Origin: Chthoniobacterales bacterium
GTDB lineage: Bacteria > Verrucomicrobiota > Verrucomicrobiia > Chthoniobacterales > JAFAMB01
NCBI GenBank assembly: GCA_036401335.1
Contig: DASWVC010000033.1
Location: 291 to 64,290 of the forward strand
Length of the DNA: 64,000 nucleotides
Direction of reading: 5' to 3'
Part shown: positions 54,146-64,000 of the stretch, piece by piece
How the letters are laid out: every line of letters starts with the position of its first letter
Position numbering within the stretch: position 1 is the stretch's first letter
Translations under genes and position numbers: made by a program
The notes under the pieces: model-generated
What the model was told of the DNA's origin: nothing
Databases searched by the model: none
The model's input: only the letters and a program-made list of their open reading frames with translations

Positions 54146-55873
54146 ATGAATCCGAAGGACGGCTACGATCCACGCCAGCACTCCGCTCCCATCGTCGACG
54201 GCCCCGAGCGGGCTTTCAGCCGCGGAATGTTGTACGCCGTAGGTTTCAAGAAAGAAGACTTTAAGAAATCGATCGTCGGGGTTGCGTCCACCTGGAGCAT
54301 GGTGACGCCGTGCAACATGCACATCGACGGCCTGGCGAGGGCGGCTGCCCGAGGGGTGGATGCGGCGGGAGGTAAATCGATCATCTTCAACACCATCACC
54401 ATCTCGGACGGCATCTCGATGGGCACCGAAGGAATGAAGTACTCGTTGGTGTCGCGCGAGATCATCGCGGATTCCATTGAAGCCGTGACCGGCTGTGAAG
54501 GATTTGACGGGGTGGTCGCGATCGGTGGTTGCGATAAGAACATGCCGGGTTGCCTGATGGCCCTGGCGCGGCTCAACCGCCCGTCGGTGTTTGTTTACGG
54601 CGGCACGATCCTGCCCGGGTGCATCAACAACAAATACGTGGATTTGGTGTCCATCTTTGAAGCGATCGGGGCGCATTCAAACGGTAAAATCTCCGATGCG
54701 GAGCTTGACGAGGTGGAAACGGTGGCCATCCCGGGCGCCGGTTCTTGCGGTGGCATGTACACCGCGAACACGATGGCCTCGGCCATCGAGGCCATGGGCA
54801 TGAGCCTGCCGAACAGTTCGGCGCAGGCGGCCGTGTCGCGTGAGAAGTTGGCGGACTGCGAGGCGGCAGGTGAGGCGGTCCTTAATCTGATAAAGCTGGG
54901 AATCCGGCCCTCCGACATCCTTACGAAAGAAGCGTTTGAAAACGCCATGACGGTGGTGATTGCGCTGGGCGGTTCGACCAACGCGGTGCTGCACCTCCTG
55001 GCCATCGCCCATGCGGCCGATGTTGAGCTTAAGCTGAACGATTGGACCCGGGTTGGCCAACGGGTGCCGGTGCTGGCTGACCTGAAGCCAAGCGGGAAAC
55101 ACGTGATGTGGGAGCTGGTGGAGATCGGCGGGATCATGCCCCTCATGAAAACCTTGCTGGACGAAGGATTGTTGCACGGGGATTGCCTTACCGTGACCGG
55201 CCGGAGCCTGAAGGAGAACCTTGCCGGCGTGAAGGCTTACGCGGAAGGCCAGTCGATCGTGCGTCCGCTCACCGATCCCATCAAGCCGGACAGCCACTTG
55301 GTCGTCCTCTACGGCAACCTGGCCCCGGACGGCGCAGTGGCCAAGATTTCCGGGAAAGAGGGGCTGCGTTTTGAAGGCCGGGCCCGGGTGTTTGAATCGG
55401 AAGAGCGCGCGTTGCGGGCCATTCTTGACGACCAGATCAAGCCCGGAGACGTCATCGTGATCCGTTACGAAGGCCCGCAGGGCGGCCCCGGGATGCGCGA
55501 GATGCTTGCACCCACGTCGGCCATCATGGGGAAAGGGTTGGGCAAAGAAGTTGCCTTGATCACTGATGGCCGGTTCTCGGGTGGCAGCCACGGGTTTGTC
55601 ATCGGCCACATCACGCCGGAGGCGTACGCCGGAGGTCCCATCGCAGTCGTCAGAGATGGCGACCCGATCCTGATTGATGGTGAGAAGCACCGCATCGATC
55701 TGGGATTGCCGGACCAAGAGATCGCGGAGCGGTTAGCCGCATGGGAAAAGCCAAGTCCCCGTTACGTGCGGGGAGCGCTAGCCAAGTACGCGCGGCAGGT
55801 GAGTTCCGCGTCGCTGGGGGCCGTGACAGACCTGGATGGCTCACCTCCCGAGACGGAAAAGCGCAAAAGTTGA
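54146..55873 (+). CDS. ilvD: Dihydroxy-acid dehydratase
   Basis: Begins MNPKDGYDPRQHSAPIVDGPERAFSRGMLYAVGF, with CDKNMPG and GSCGGMYTANTM. Start at ATG 54146. Confidence 0.95.
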   Translation: MNPKDGYDPRQHSAPIVDGPERAFSRGMLYAVGFKKEDFKKSIVGVASTWSMVTPCNMHIDGLARAAARGVDAAGGKSIIFNTITISDGISMGTEGMKYSLVSREIIADSIEAVTGCEGFDGVVAIGGCDKNMPGCLMALARLNRPSVFVYGGTILPGCINNKYVDLVSIFEAIGAHSNGKISDAELDEVETVAIPGAGSCGGMYTANTMASAIEAMGMSLPNSSAQAAVSREKLADCEAAGEAVLNLIKLGIRPSDILTKEAFENAMTVVIALGGSTNAVLHLLAIAHAADVELKLNDWTRVGQRVPVLADLKPSGKHVMWELVEIGGIMPLMKTLLDEGLLHGDCLTVTGRSLKENLAGVKAYAEGQSIVRPLTDPIKPDSHLVVLYGNLAPDGAVAKISGKEGLRFEGRARVFESEERALRAILDDQIKPGDVIVIRYEGPQGGPGMREMLAPTSAIMGKGLGKEVALITDGRFSGGSHGFVIGHITPEAYAGGPIAVVRDGDPILIDGEKHRIDLGLPDQEIAERLAAWEKPSPRYVRGALAKYARQVSSASLGAVTDLDGSPPETEKRKS

Positions 55874-56306
55874 CCGCACTCGCGACCGGGTGGTCGCGCA
55901 CTGCGATTGGTACCTACGACGATGCCTTCATAACCAGCGGCGTCCTCTGGCTGCTCGAAAACGCGTTGGTGCTCTCGATCGCGCGCCGGCCGCGGCTCAA
56001 GGCGGCCTTTGCCGCTTTGGCAACCTTAGGCAGTTCCGAACCCCCGGGCACCCTGCCACGGCGCTGCCCTGACGTCGGGTAATTTCATCCCATGAGTTCC
56101 CCGAAAACTTTTTCATCGGCGTTGACGTGGGCACCGGCAGCGCATGCGCCCGGGTGTTTGATGCGACCGGCCGCCTGCACGGCTCGGCTGGAAGTCCGAC
56201 TCGGCGGCGACGTTCGCGCCTACCACGACCGCAAGTCCCGTTTGTACCACCGGATGTACGACCGACTGCGCTACGGTCAGCTCACATGCGCGGGTAGCGC
56301 AAACCC

Positions 56307-57674
56307 TCAACCACCCTTGGCCAGGTCAACGGCGGCCGTCGCCGAAGGTCCAAGGTTGTAACCTGGACCCGGCTCCAGGATTATAAGGGCGGATTGGGTC
56401 ACACCGTCCTCCGCCAGCTCACTGACCGAAGTAATGGGGACATTGAAGGCTTGGCCCGATTGGCCCGCGGGGATTTCGATGGTTCCCGTAAAGCTCTGGT
56501 CGTCGTTGGTTTCCGAAGCGATTGCGTGGACCGAATACCTGATTCCGAGAGCCTGAGATACGTCTCCGAGACGGGTGACCAGAAATGCCGCCGTTAAGGT
56601 CGAGCCCTGAAACGACAGGCCAGCCCCGCGTTGGATGGATACCTCGGGATAGTCCGGGATAAACAGCGCGCCGTGCGGGCTCCGCATCCCGGTCACGATG
56701 GGATTCACGAAACCGGTGCTCAGATCCACCTTGCCCAGGATGCCGTCGCTATCACTCGCCGAGTAGGCGCCGCCCGGCTGAAAGGCGTTGCTATGAACGG
56801 CGTAAACGGTGTCTGCTTTGGTGTCCACAACCAGGACGGTCCCGCTCGGAGCGGTTGGGAACACCGTGTCATCCACGGTGATCTGTTTGGCGGTTCCGTT
56901 GGTCAAATGGAGCAGAAGGCTTGCTTGCTGGGGCGAACCGGGGGCATTGATGAAGATGAGGTCCCCATCGGCCTGACTGTCGAGCACGAGGTCCCCGGCA
57001 GCGTCGACTTTCAACGAATCCGGGTCTGATTGTTGCGAGCGGTCGGTTTTGCCCGTTACCACGTTGCTGAGCGGATCGTTGCCTTTAAGCACGGGGCTCA
57101 CGGTGATCTGGTGCCCGGATAGACGCGCTTCGACCACCGAAGGGTGCACGTTCTGGCCATTCGGCGTCGTGGGGGTAGACGGCAGGACGGTCGGATTGGA
57201 GGCGCTGATAAAGGTGTGGCCTTGCAGAAAGACGACGTCGTCGTATCCACCGCCGTGGGAAGGCGGTTGCGCGTACGTGTAGTGCTCCCGGGCGCCGGTC
57301 TGAGGATCGATGATGGTCAGGGCAGGATTGGCATCCTCGTTCCGCAAGGCCCAGAGTCGACGGGTAAAGGGGTTGTATTTAAGGCCATCGTTCTTGCCGG
57401 ACACGACAAAAGTTCGAACGATCCGACCGGTCGGATCGTACTGGACGATGGTGCTGGGGCCACCTGAGCCATCCGGTTGCGAAGTGTTCGCGTACGTAAC
57501 GAAGATGCTCCCGCCCCCTTCGGTGATGGAGTCGGGGTTGGTGAGTCCGGCGGGAGCCGCGGCGAACACCGTTACCGTGTAGGGTGCCTTGGCGGTTGGC
57601 TGAGCGCCGGCGGTTAGGGCCGTCACGGGCGCCAACAGGGCTGCAGCCAGCCGGAGGATCGAATGGGTGGGCAT
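56307..57674 (-). CDS. Secreted hypothetical protein, beta-propeller-like N-region plus Calx-beta-like C-terminal domain
   Basis: Signal peptide MPTHSILRLAAALLAPVTALTAGAQP. The C-terminal roughly 100 aa, ...IRYSVHAIASETNDDQSFTGTIEIPAGQSGQAFNVPITS...ALIILEP, resembles Calx-beta. No enzymatic motif was recognised. Confidence 0.6.
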   Translation of the reverse strand: MPTHSILRLAAALLAPVTALTAGAQPTAKAPYTVTVFAAAPAGLTNPDSITEGGGSIFVTYANTSQPDGSGGPSTIVQYDPTGRIVRTFVVSGKNDGLKYNPFTRRLWALRNEDANPALTIIDPQTGAREHYTYAQPPSHGGGYDDVVFLQGHTFISASNPTVLPSTPTTPNGQNVHPSVVEARLSGHQITVSPVLKGNDPLSNVVTGKTDRSQQSDPDSLKVDAAGDLVLDSQADGDLIFINAPGSPQQASLLLHLTNGTAKQITVDDTVFPTAPSGTVLVVDTKADTVYAVHSNAFQPGGAYSASDSDGILGKVDLSTGFVNPIVTGMRSPHGALFIPDYPEVSIQRGAGLSFQGSTLTAAFLVTRLGDVSQALGIRYSVHAIASETNDDQSFTGTIEIPAGQSGQAFNVPITSVSELAEDGVTQSALIILEPGPGYNLGPSATAAVDLAKGG

Positions 57675-57904
57675 CAAAAAACGGCTCTCTCGAGTTTTCA
57701 TAAGGGCAATTTGCGCGGTCCCTGCGGTGGTAGAAATCCGGTCGGCAAGGCGCCGTGTTTGTCCGTTGTGAGAACAAAGGTCCTCGGCACTGCGCGTCCT
57801 GGCGACTGGAGGGTACGGCGGGGACCCTAAATCGCCGTGAGCATTCTAGACAGCTCGAACCGGTAACGTTTTTGTAACCTCATGGTGCCGCCTTGCCCGG
57901 GAAC

Positions 57905-60900
57905 TCATTCTTTCCGTACCGCCCGGAGAAGGGCTGGAAGGACCAGCAACACGAGCGGCAGTTGAAAACAGAGCCCGGAGATGATCGCGATGGCCAGCGG
58001 CCGAAGCATGGCCGCACCTTCTCCCAAACCGAGCGCCAACGGCGCCAAGGCCAGGATCGCGGCGATTGTCGTCATCGCGATCGGGCGCATCCGGTTGAGG
58101 CCGGCCACGATGAGACGGTCGGGGCCCGACTGCTCCCGAAGTTCAGAATAGTAAAAGATCGAAACCTCCGTGACGATTCCGACGACCATGGTCATTCCCA
58201 TGCGGGAGGTGATGTTAAATTCCGTCCCGGTAAGCCATAACCCGACGTAAACGGCCGCCACAGCCAGAAAGGCAATGCCTAGCATGGCAAGCGCCACCCG
58301 GAAACTTTCATAAAGGAACACCAGCAGCAGGAAGGTCAGGATCACGGCCGCCGCCAGCACCACCGTGAGGCCCTGAAACGCAATCTGCTGCTGCTCGTAC
58401 AACCCACCCAAGGCATAGGGAACCGTGGCGGGCACCACCCCCGGCTGTGCGAGCACGCGTTTCACCTCGGTAACCGTGGAACCGAGGTCCCGCCCGCTAA
58501 TCCGGGCCGTGACCGCCACCATGCGTTTCAAGTCCTCCCGTTTGATCTCCGGTTGGCCGCTCGTCGCAGTGAGCTTCGCAACGCGAGCCAGCGGGAAAAG
58601 GTGTCCATCGGGGGCCCGGATGAGCAAACGCTCCACTTGAGGCGTGATTTGGCGATCGTGCTCCGGGACCCACACCCTCACCCCGATCAGCTTGGGTGGC
58701 TGCAGGACCCGGGTCGCCACATCCCCGGACAAATAACTCGTTAGCACCTTGGTGATGGCATCCGGGTCCATGCCTTCGAGCACGGCCTTTCTGCGGTCGA
58801 CCTCGACGCTGAGGGCGTCGCCCGCGGGAGTGATTCCGTTCTTAACTTCCACCACGCCCCGCACGTGCGAAACGGCTTCTGCCACTTTGGGAGCGAGGGT
58901 CTGCAAGCCTTGTTCATCGTCGGAAAATAACTTGATTTCGATCGGTTGCGGCACGCTCGTCAGGTCGCCAATAAGGTCTTCCATCACTTGGGCCGTTTCC
59001 ACTTGAAGGCTAGGGATGGTCTGCCCGATTTGCTGGCGGACGTCGTCCATGACCGCTTCTACTCCCCGGCGCGGCAGCGGACGGAGGCGCACGAAGAAAT
59101 CGCCGCTGTTTGTTTCGTTGAGGTCACCACCTAATCCAAGCCCTGTTCGGCGTGAGTAGGTTTGCGTCTCCGGCAGCTTTCGCAAAATGCCTTCGACCTG
59201 GCGCAGCAGCCGATCGGTCTCGGCGAGGGAGGTGCCCGGAAGCGAATGGTAATCAAGAATGAATCCGCCTTCATCCATGGCCGGCATGAACCCGGAAGAA
59301 ACGTGTTGGAAGGCAAAAATTCCAAGCACTGCCGTGGGCAAGCAGATCAGCAGGATGAAGGCGGGCCGACGAACGAAAAACCCGGCCAGCCGCCGGTACC
59401 CTCGATCCAGCCGTCCCGCGTGAGGCTGAGGATGCGTGCGGGACCGAACGCCACGGTGCAGGCAACGGGCAGCAACCGCGGGCAGCACGAGCCAGGAGAT
59501 CAGCAGCGAGAGGATCAGGCTGGCTGCCATGGTGAGTGATAGGGCCTTGAAAAACGCGCCCGTCACCCCCGACAAAAAGGCCAGCGGAGCAAAAATGATG
59601 ACCGTGGCGGTGGAGGAGGCCAGCAACGGCTCAGAGAACTCACGGGCCGCCGTCAACACGGAACTGCCCTCGCCTTCTTGCTGGCGGCGCACAATGTGCT
59701 CTGCCATGACGATCGCATCGTCAATGATCAGGCCCACAGCGGCCGCGATGCCGCCCAACGTCATAATGTTTAAGCTCATCTTGAGCACGCCGAGGAGCAG
59801 GATCGTCGAACAGAGGACCGCGGGAACCGTGACGGCGGCGATGGCGGTGATCCGCCAGTCACGCAGAAACCCAAGCAGCACCAGGATCGCAAGTCCGATG
59901 CCAATCAGGACCGCGTCCCGAGTGCTGGTGGCGGAAGAAGTGATCAGCTGCCCTTGGTCGTACCAATCGGCGACGCGGACGTCAGCCGGGATGGATGTTC
60001 CCAACGCGCTCAGCTTGCGCTTTATGCCGGCGGCAATCTGCACCGTGTTGCCGCCGGGTTGCTGGTAAACCTGGAAGAGCACGGCGTCGTGGGCATCCGC
60101 CGTCACGCGGGTCCACCGTGGTTCGGTGCTGCGTTCAATCGTAGCGACATCGCCCAGGAAAAGCGTGCCGGAGGAACCGGAGGCAATCACCACCTTCGGC
60201 AGGTCCGCAAAGGATTTCAGGCGGGTGTCAGAAATGACGAGATAGAGTTTCTCGGACTCCTCAAGTTTGCCTACGGCTGAAAGAACGTTCTGGGCCGCGA
60301 GCACCGCGGACACGTCCGTGATGGTGAGCTTCAAGGCCTGCAGCTTCGGCAGGTCAACGACGACCCGGTATTCTTCGGTCTGTCCGCCTTGCACCCCAAC
60401 TTGCGCAACGCCCGGCACCGTGGCCAGGGCAGGCCGCACCGTGTAGCTGGCGAGGTCGCGCAGTTCTTGCAGGGGACGGTGATCGGAAGTGAGGCTGTAG
60501 GCAATCACCGGGAACACGGTGGGGTCCATGCGCAACACGTTGAAGGTGGTGCCCGGCGGCAGGGCGGAGAGCACCTTGTTGATCTGGGACTCCACCTGGA
60601 GCATGGCCGCCACCATGTCTTCGCCCCAATCGAAATTCACATTGACCTCTGCGCTTCCCCGAGTCGTGTTTGAACGAACGCCGCGAACTCCGGGAATGGC
60701 GCGAACGGCTTCCTCGACGGGAATTGTTGCCTCGATGGCCATGCGTTCCGCCGGCCGGTCGCCGGCATCAAGGCTGATGCGGACGCGCGGAAAGTCCACC
60801 TGCGGAAACAGGCTCACCGGCAACTGCCATGCCGTGACGGCCCCCGCCAAGGCGAGGACCGTCACCAGACTAACCAGAAACCGGGCGTGGCGGGAGGCCC

Positions 60901-60916
60901 ATTCAACGGGATTCAT
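57905..60916 (-). CDS. RND efflux transporter inner-membrane subunit (AcrB/CzcA superfamily)
   Basis: About 1000 aa with a 12-TM, two-large-loop architecture. Starts MNPVEWASRHARFLVSLV at ATG 60916. Confidence 0.92.
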   Translation of the reverse strand: MNPVEWASRHARFLVSLVTVLALAGAVTAWQLPVSLFPQVDFPRVRISLDAGDRPAERMAIEATIPVEEAVRAIPGVRGVRSNTTRGSAEVNVNFDWGEDMVAAMLQVESQINKVLSALPPGTTFNVLRMDPTVFPVIAYSLTSDHRPLQELRDLASYTVRPALATVPGVAQVGVQGGQTEEYRVVVDLPKLQALKLTITDVSAVLAAQNVLSAVGKLEESEKLYLVISDTRLKSFADLPKVVIASGSSGTLFLGDVATIERSTEPRWTRVTADAHDAVLFQVYQQPGGNTVQIAAGIKRKLSALGTSIPADVRVADWYDQGQLITSSATSTRDAVLIGIGLAILVLLGFLRDWRITAIAAVTVPAVLCSTILLLGVLKMSLNIMTLGGIAAAVGLIIDDAIVMAEHIVRRQQEGEGSSVLTAAREFSEPLLASSTATVIIFAPLAFLSGVTGAFFKALSLTMAASLILSLLISWLVLPAVAARCLHRGVRSRTHPQPHAGRLDRGYRRLAGFFVRRPAFILLICLPTAVLGIFAFQHVSSGFMPAMDEGGFILDYHSLPGTSLAETDRLLRQVEGILRKLPETQTYSRRTGLGLGGDLNETNSGDFFVRLRPLPRRGVEAVMDDVRQQIGQTIPSLQVETAQVMEDLIGDLTSVPQPIEIKLFSDDEQGLQTLAPKVAEAVSHVRGVVEVKNGITPAGDALSVEVDRRKAVLEGMDPDAITKVLTSYLSGDVATRVLQPPKLIGVRVWVPEHDRQITPQVERLLIRAPDGHLFPLARVAKLTATSGQPEIKREDLKRMVAVTARISGRDLGSTVTEVKRVLAQPGVVPATVPYALGGLYEQQQIAFQGLTVVLAAAVILTFLLLVFLYESFRVALAMLGIAFLAVAAVYVGLWLTGTEFNITSRMGMTMVVGIVTEVSIFYYSELREQSGPDRLIVAGLNRMRPIAMTTIAAILALAPLALGLGEGAAMLRPLAIAIISGLCFQLPLVLLVLPALLRAVRKE

Positions 60917-62033
60917 CGCCCGTGGCGGCCTCCACCCGCATGCCGTCCGTGAGTTCGCGATGGCCTTGAACCACCACGGCATCTCCGGAGCGGATCGTGC
61001 CATCCGTCAGCTCGATCTCATCGTCGTTCTGCAGCCCAAGATGCACCGGGATCCGCTGCGCCTTTCCTTCCCGAACGACGAAGAGGACCGGTTCGCCTTG
61101 GTCCTCAAAGACGGCCCGTCGGGGTACCACGACCCCTTCGTGCGCAGCCACCTCGATATTTCCTTGCACGTAAGCGTTCAGCAGCAGACTGCCTGGTTGG
61201 GGAAGGGCCACGTAGACGTCCACCAACCGCGTGGTCGCGTTGACTTGTCCGGAGACCAGTTTCACCGTGCCTTCCCACGTCGCCGCCGCAGGGTCATCGG
61301 AGGGTCCCAGGGCCACCTTCTCGCCCGGCGCGACCCGCCCGGCGGCGCCCGGTTCAACGCCCAACCGGACTTGCAGGTCGTCACCAGACGCGACTTCCAC
61401 GATGGCGGTGCCTGCGGGCGCCAACTGGCCGTCTTGCACGCCGATTCGGGCCACCAAACCATCGACGTCCGCGATCGCTTGCTCGGATGGATGCACCCCC
61501 TCATCCCGCAGGCTGGCCAATTGCAGGTCGGCGTCCGTCGCGCCCTTTTCGGCTGCGCCGAGCTCCTGGACGGTTGCCAGCTTAAGGTCAAAGCGCCGCC
61601 GCGTCTGATCAAGGTCCCGATGGGCCATCCGGGCGGCGTTTTCGGCTTGGTGCAGTTGGAGCAAGGTCGCGGCGCTGGCGTCGACCTCGACCAGGGGTTG
61701 ACCCCGTTTGACCGGTTCACCCGGAGCCACCAGGACGTGGCGCACCCGCGTTTCGAAAGCGCGGGTAACGGTGTGGGTGCTGCCCGGTTCCGCCGTCACG
61801 GAGCCGAAGGCCGTGCACGTTTCCGCGATCCTTTTTCGCGAGGCAACAGCGACGACGACTTTGGCCACTGGTTCAGCCTCGTGGTCCTCCGGGTGTTCCG
61901 CTCCGGGGTGCGGCGCACAACCCAGCAGCAGAAGTGCAAACCCGGCATGAAACGCACGGCGGAACACAGGCCACCCGGGCTGCCGCCCGCCCCGGAACCT
62001 CACGCACCGCCCTCCTGATCCGGGAGGAAGCAA
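60903..62033 (-). CDS. RND efflux periplasmic adaptor (membrane fusion protein), probable lipoprotein
   Basis: Lipobox LLLGC with HlyD-like hairpin and barrel segments. The start is uncertain (TTG 62033 or GTG about 62003, overlapping the upstream stop). Confidence 0.85.
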   Translation of the reverse strand: MLPPGSGGRCVRFRGGRQPGWPVFRRAFHAGFALLLLGCAPHPGAEHPEDHEAEPVAKVVVAVASRKRIAETCTAFGSVTAEPGSTHTVTRAFETRVRHVLVAPGEPVKRGQPLVEVDASAATLLQLHQAENAARMAHRDLDQTRRRFDLKLATVQELGAAEKGATDADLQLASLRDEGVHPSEQAIADVDGLVARIGVQDGQLAPAGTAIVEVASGDDLQVRLGVEPGAAGRVAPGEKVALGPSDDPAAATWEGTVKLVSGQVNATTRLVDVYVALPQPGSLLLNAYVQGNIEVAAHEGVVVPRRAVFEDQGEPVLFVVREGKAQRIPVHLGLQNDDEIELTDGTIRSGDAVVVQGHRELTDGMRVEAATGDESR

Positions 62034-63370
62034 CCGGCCGCCAACTCGAGCGCCACCCGGGCTTCGTGCAGTTGTTGTTTTAGCTTCAACAGCTGAATCC
62101 GCTTTTGATTGTAATTGGCCCTGGCCTGGTAGTAAGCGAGCACGTCGGCGTTCTGGCCCTGAAGCGCGGCCTGGGCCGTCTCGAGTAGGCGGGCCAAGGC
62201 GGGCAACGCGGCCGCGGCTGCGGCCACCTGAACGTTGAGCGACCGAAGGTCGGCGGTGGCTTCCGCGACGTCCGCCCGCGCTTGGAACAAACGGTTCGTG
62301 TACTCATCGTACAGGCTTTGGCGGGTAGCCTTTTCGACCGCAATGCTGCCTTGGTTTCGATCAAAAATCGGCAGGTCAAACGAGAACGACAACCCGGTCG
62401 TGTGCACGTTGCTCGTGTCGCTCGCGTGGGAGAACCCCAGGTTCACCTTGGGAAGCTGCGCTAGCACCGCGGCGCGCAGCTTTGCGTCCTGGCTTTCGTA
62501 GCCGACCCGCAGACCCAGCAGATCCAGGCGCCGGTGCTCCAGCGCGGAAATCAACGCCCCGGCATCCGGGACACGCAAGGAGGCGGACAGGTTCGCTTCG
62601 GCCGGCAGGGGCAAAACGGTTTGCGGCGGTGCGCCCACCGCCCGGTTCAACGCCAGCGTCTGTTTCGCCAGATCCTGCTGCAGGCTGAGGTAAGTCGCCC
62701 GGGCATCGGTGCCGGTGGCCTGTGCCGCCGCGAGGTCGAGCGCGCTCTTTTGACGCTCGTTGACTGCCTGCTGTAACAGGCCGACGGCTTGTTGCTGGTC
62801 GGCATCGATGAGACGGGCCTCTTGCGCCTGAGCGTGCAGCGCCATGACGCGGTACCAAGCCAGCCTGGCCGCTTCGGCGGCCTGCCATTCAATCCAAGCC
62901 ACGTCCAGCTCGATGGCCTGGGCGCTTTTCTTCGCCGCCCGTACCTTGGCGTTTCGGCTGACCACGGATGACACGTCCCAGCTGCCGGTGAAGCCGTAGG
63001 CCGTGACGGTTCCCAGCGTATGGCCGCCAGTGACAAAGTCCCGCGCGTAGCCCAGCGTCGGATTCGGCAACACGCCGGCCGAGAACGTTTGGGCAGCAGC
63101 CAATCCCCGGCGGTCGCGATCGGCCCGCAGGGCCGGGTTGGCGATCACCGCCAGGACGGCTACTTGGTCCGGGCCCAGGCCGTGCCGAAAGTCCAGACGG
63201 ACGGGCTGGAGCAGCGGGTGCGCCACCTCCCTGGCGGCGATGGCAAGCCGATGCCGCGCCGGGAACCGCAGGGATTTTTGAACCCCGGCGGAGGTGAGCG
63301 GCTGGGCCGTGTAATGCGCACAGCTGACCACCGAAGCGGAGAGGGCAAGAAACCAAAGCCGCGTGCTCAT
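62000..63370 (-). CDS. RND efflux outer-membrane factor (TolC/NodT family lipoprotein)
   Basis: MSTRLWFLALSASVVSCAH (lipobox) followed by two TolC-type repeats. Start at ATG 63370. Confidence 0.88.
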   Translation of the reverse strand: MSTRLWFLALSASVVSCAHYTAQPLTSAGVQKSLRFPARHRLAIAAREVAHPLLQPVRLDFRHGLGPDQVAVLAVIANPALRADRDRRGLAAAQTFSAGVLPNPTLGYARDFVTGGHTLGTVTAYGFTGSWDVSSVVSRNAKVRAAKKSAQAIELDVAWIEWQAAEAARLAWYRVMALHAQAQEARLIDADQQQAVGLLQQAVNERQKSALDLAAAQATGTDARATYLSLQQDLAKQTLALNRAVGAPPQTVLPLPAEANLSASLRVPDAGALISALEHRRLDLLGLRVGYESQDAKLRAAVLAQLPKVNLGFSHASDTSNVHTTGLSFSFDLPIFDRNQGSIAVEKATRQSLYDEYTNRLFQARADVAEATADLRSLNVQVAAAAAALPALARLLETAQAALQGQNADVLAYYQARANYNQKRIQLLKLKQQLHEARVALELAAGCFLPDQEGGA

Positions 63371-63374
63371 ACGG

Positions 63375-63932
63375 TTACTTCCATCGTAAACTCTCCGCCA
63401 CGCGCTGCCGCAAGGCACGGTGATCCGAGGCGGTTGGCGACCACACGCTCAAAATCTGCAGCTGGCGAGGCTGCAGAAAGATGTACACGCTGCACTCCAG
63501 GGAAGGAGGCGCGTCGATCGCCGGCCCTGGATTGCTGCGGAACTTGAGAAGGACCGCACGGCCGGCCGGCAGGTCAACTTCTTTCATCCGCCTCAGTCTT
63601 GCGGGCTTAGCTCCCCCCAAACTCTTTACTTCGGCGCCCGCCACCCCCAGCGCATCCAGATTTTCTGGATGGGCGCGCAGCGCGACCGTTCTAACCCGAA
63701 TGCCCGCCACCTGCCCTCCAAAGGTTACCACGCCGGGGCTTTCGCTGCACAACCAACCCTTCGGCGCTTCGAGCGAGAAGCCTTTGACTTCACGCCGCTC
63801 ATAATCCGTGGGTTCTTCCAACCAGACGTGCGCGGCCGTGGTCGTTCCGGTGACCCGCGCCTCCGGAACCCGGCCTGGAGCCAGCTCGTCAGCTCCCGCA
63901 AAGGCCGGCAGGCAAAACCCCACAAAAGCCAA
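63375..63932 (-). CDS. Hypothetical exported protein at the head of the RND operon (start possibly beyond 63932)
   Basis: The ORF abuts the OMF gene. A signal-like LAFVGFCLPAFAGA is present. The frame remains open upstream to the window end, and no family was recognised. Confidence 0.45.
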   Translation of the reverse strand: MAFVGFCLPAFAGADELAPGRVPEARVTGTTTAAHVWLEEPTDYERREVKGFSLEAPKGWLCSESPGVVTFGGQVAGIRVRTVALRAHPENLDALGVAGAEVKSLGGAKPARLRRMKEVDLPAGRAVLLKFRSNPGPAIDAPPSLECSVYIFLQPRQLQILSVWSPTASDHRALRQRVAESLRWK

Positions 63933-64000
63933 GGTTCGGGCGTGCCGCCAGCGCCGGCGAGCCTCGCCAAAAGCCTTTGTTCGATGGAGCGCCGATCGCT

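Noticed and set aside
1-64000. Scan for CRISPR arrays, rRNA, tRNA, prophage or classic defence islands
   Set aside because: Reading by eye found no regularly spaced direct repeats with unique spacers, no rRNA- or tRNA-like sequence, and no phage structural or integrase genes. The only mobile element seen is the IS630-family copy.

Overview
This is a high-GC bacterial chromosomal segment. A Verrucomicrobiota-like origin is only a weak inference from gene content: RRM-type RNA-binding proteins, long-form IspG and few Shine-Dalgarno sequences. About 85% of the window is ordinary housekeeping sequence, and I found no rRNA, tRNA or CRISPR array.

Housekeeping blocks:
- hisC(partial)-mnmE-pyrD
- the conserved yceD-rpmF-plsX-fabH block
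- coaD, guaA, aat, serS, smc
- the envelope/isoprenoid block cdsA-dxr-rseP-ispG, plus ispD
- infA, ilvD
- a LacI-controlled sugar or sugar-acid uptake operon (ABC transporter, gluconokinase, GntP permease)
- an ECF sigma/anti-sigma pair
- a tripartite RND efflux operon

Features that stand out:
1. Two copies of an unrecognised, oriented intergenic element (3899-4160 and 7921-8100). Its inverted arms are arrays of 10-bp RRTGAACARC units. One arm contains the upstream gene's stop codon and the other abuts the downstream gene's start codon.
2. A stand-alone single-module NRPS (C-A-T-TE, 31772-35800) with a degenerate condensation motif. It is bounded on the left by an AT-rich junction and a truncated transporter gene, and it overlaps infA convergently on the right.
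3. A structured block of interleaved inverted repeats at 31069-31202.
4. A gene-decay patch with an IS630-family element (49920-51630) and further gene remnants at 55880-56180.
5. An internally deleted mini-RRM gene.
6. A lycopene-cyclase-domain gene directly upstream of the ECF sigma/anti-sigma pair.

All family assignments rest on motif recognition by eye. No searches or folding programs were run. Several start codons are chosen inside longer ORFs and are uncertain by tens of codons.
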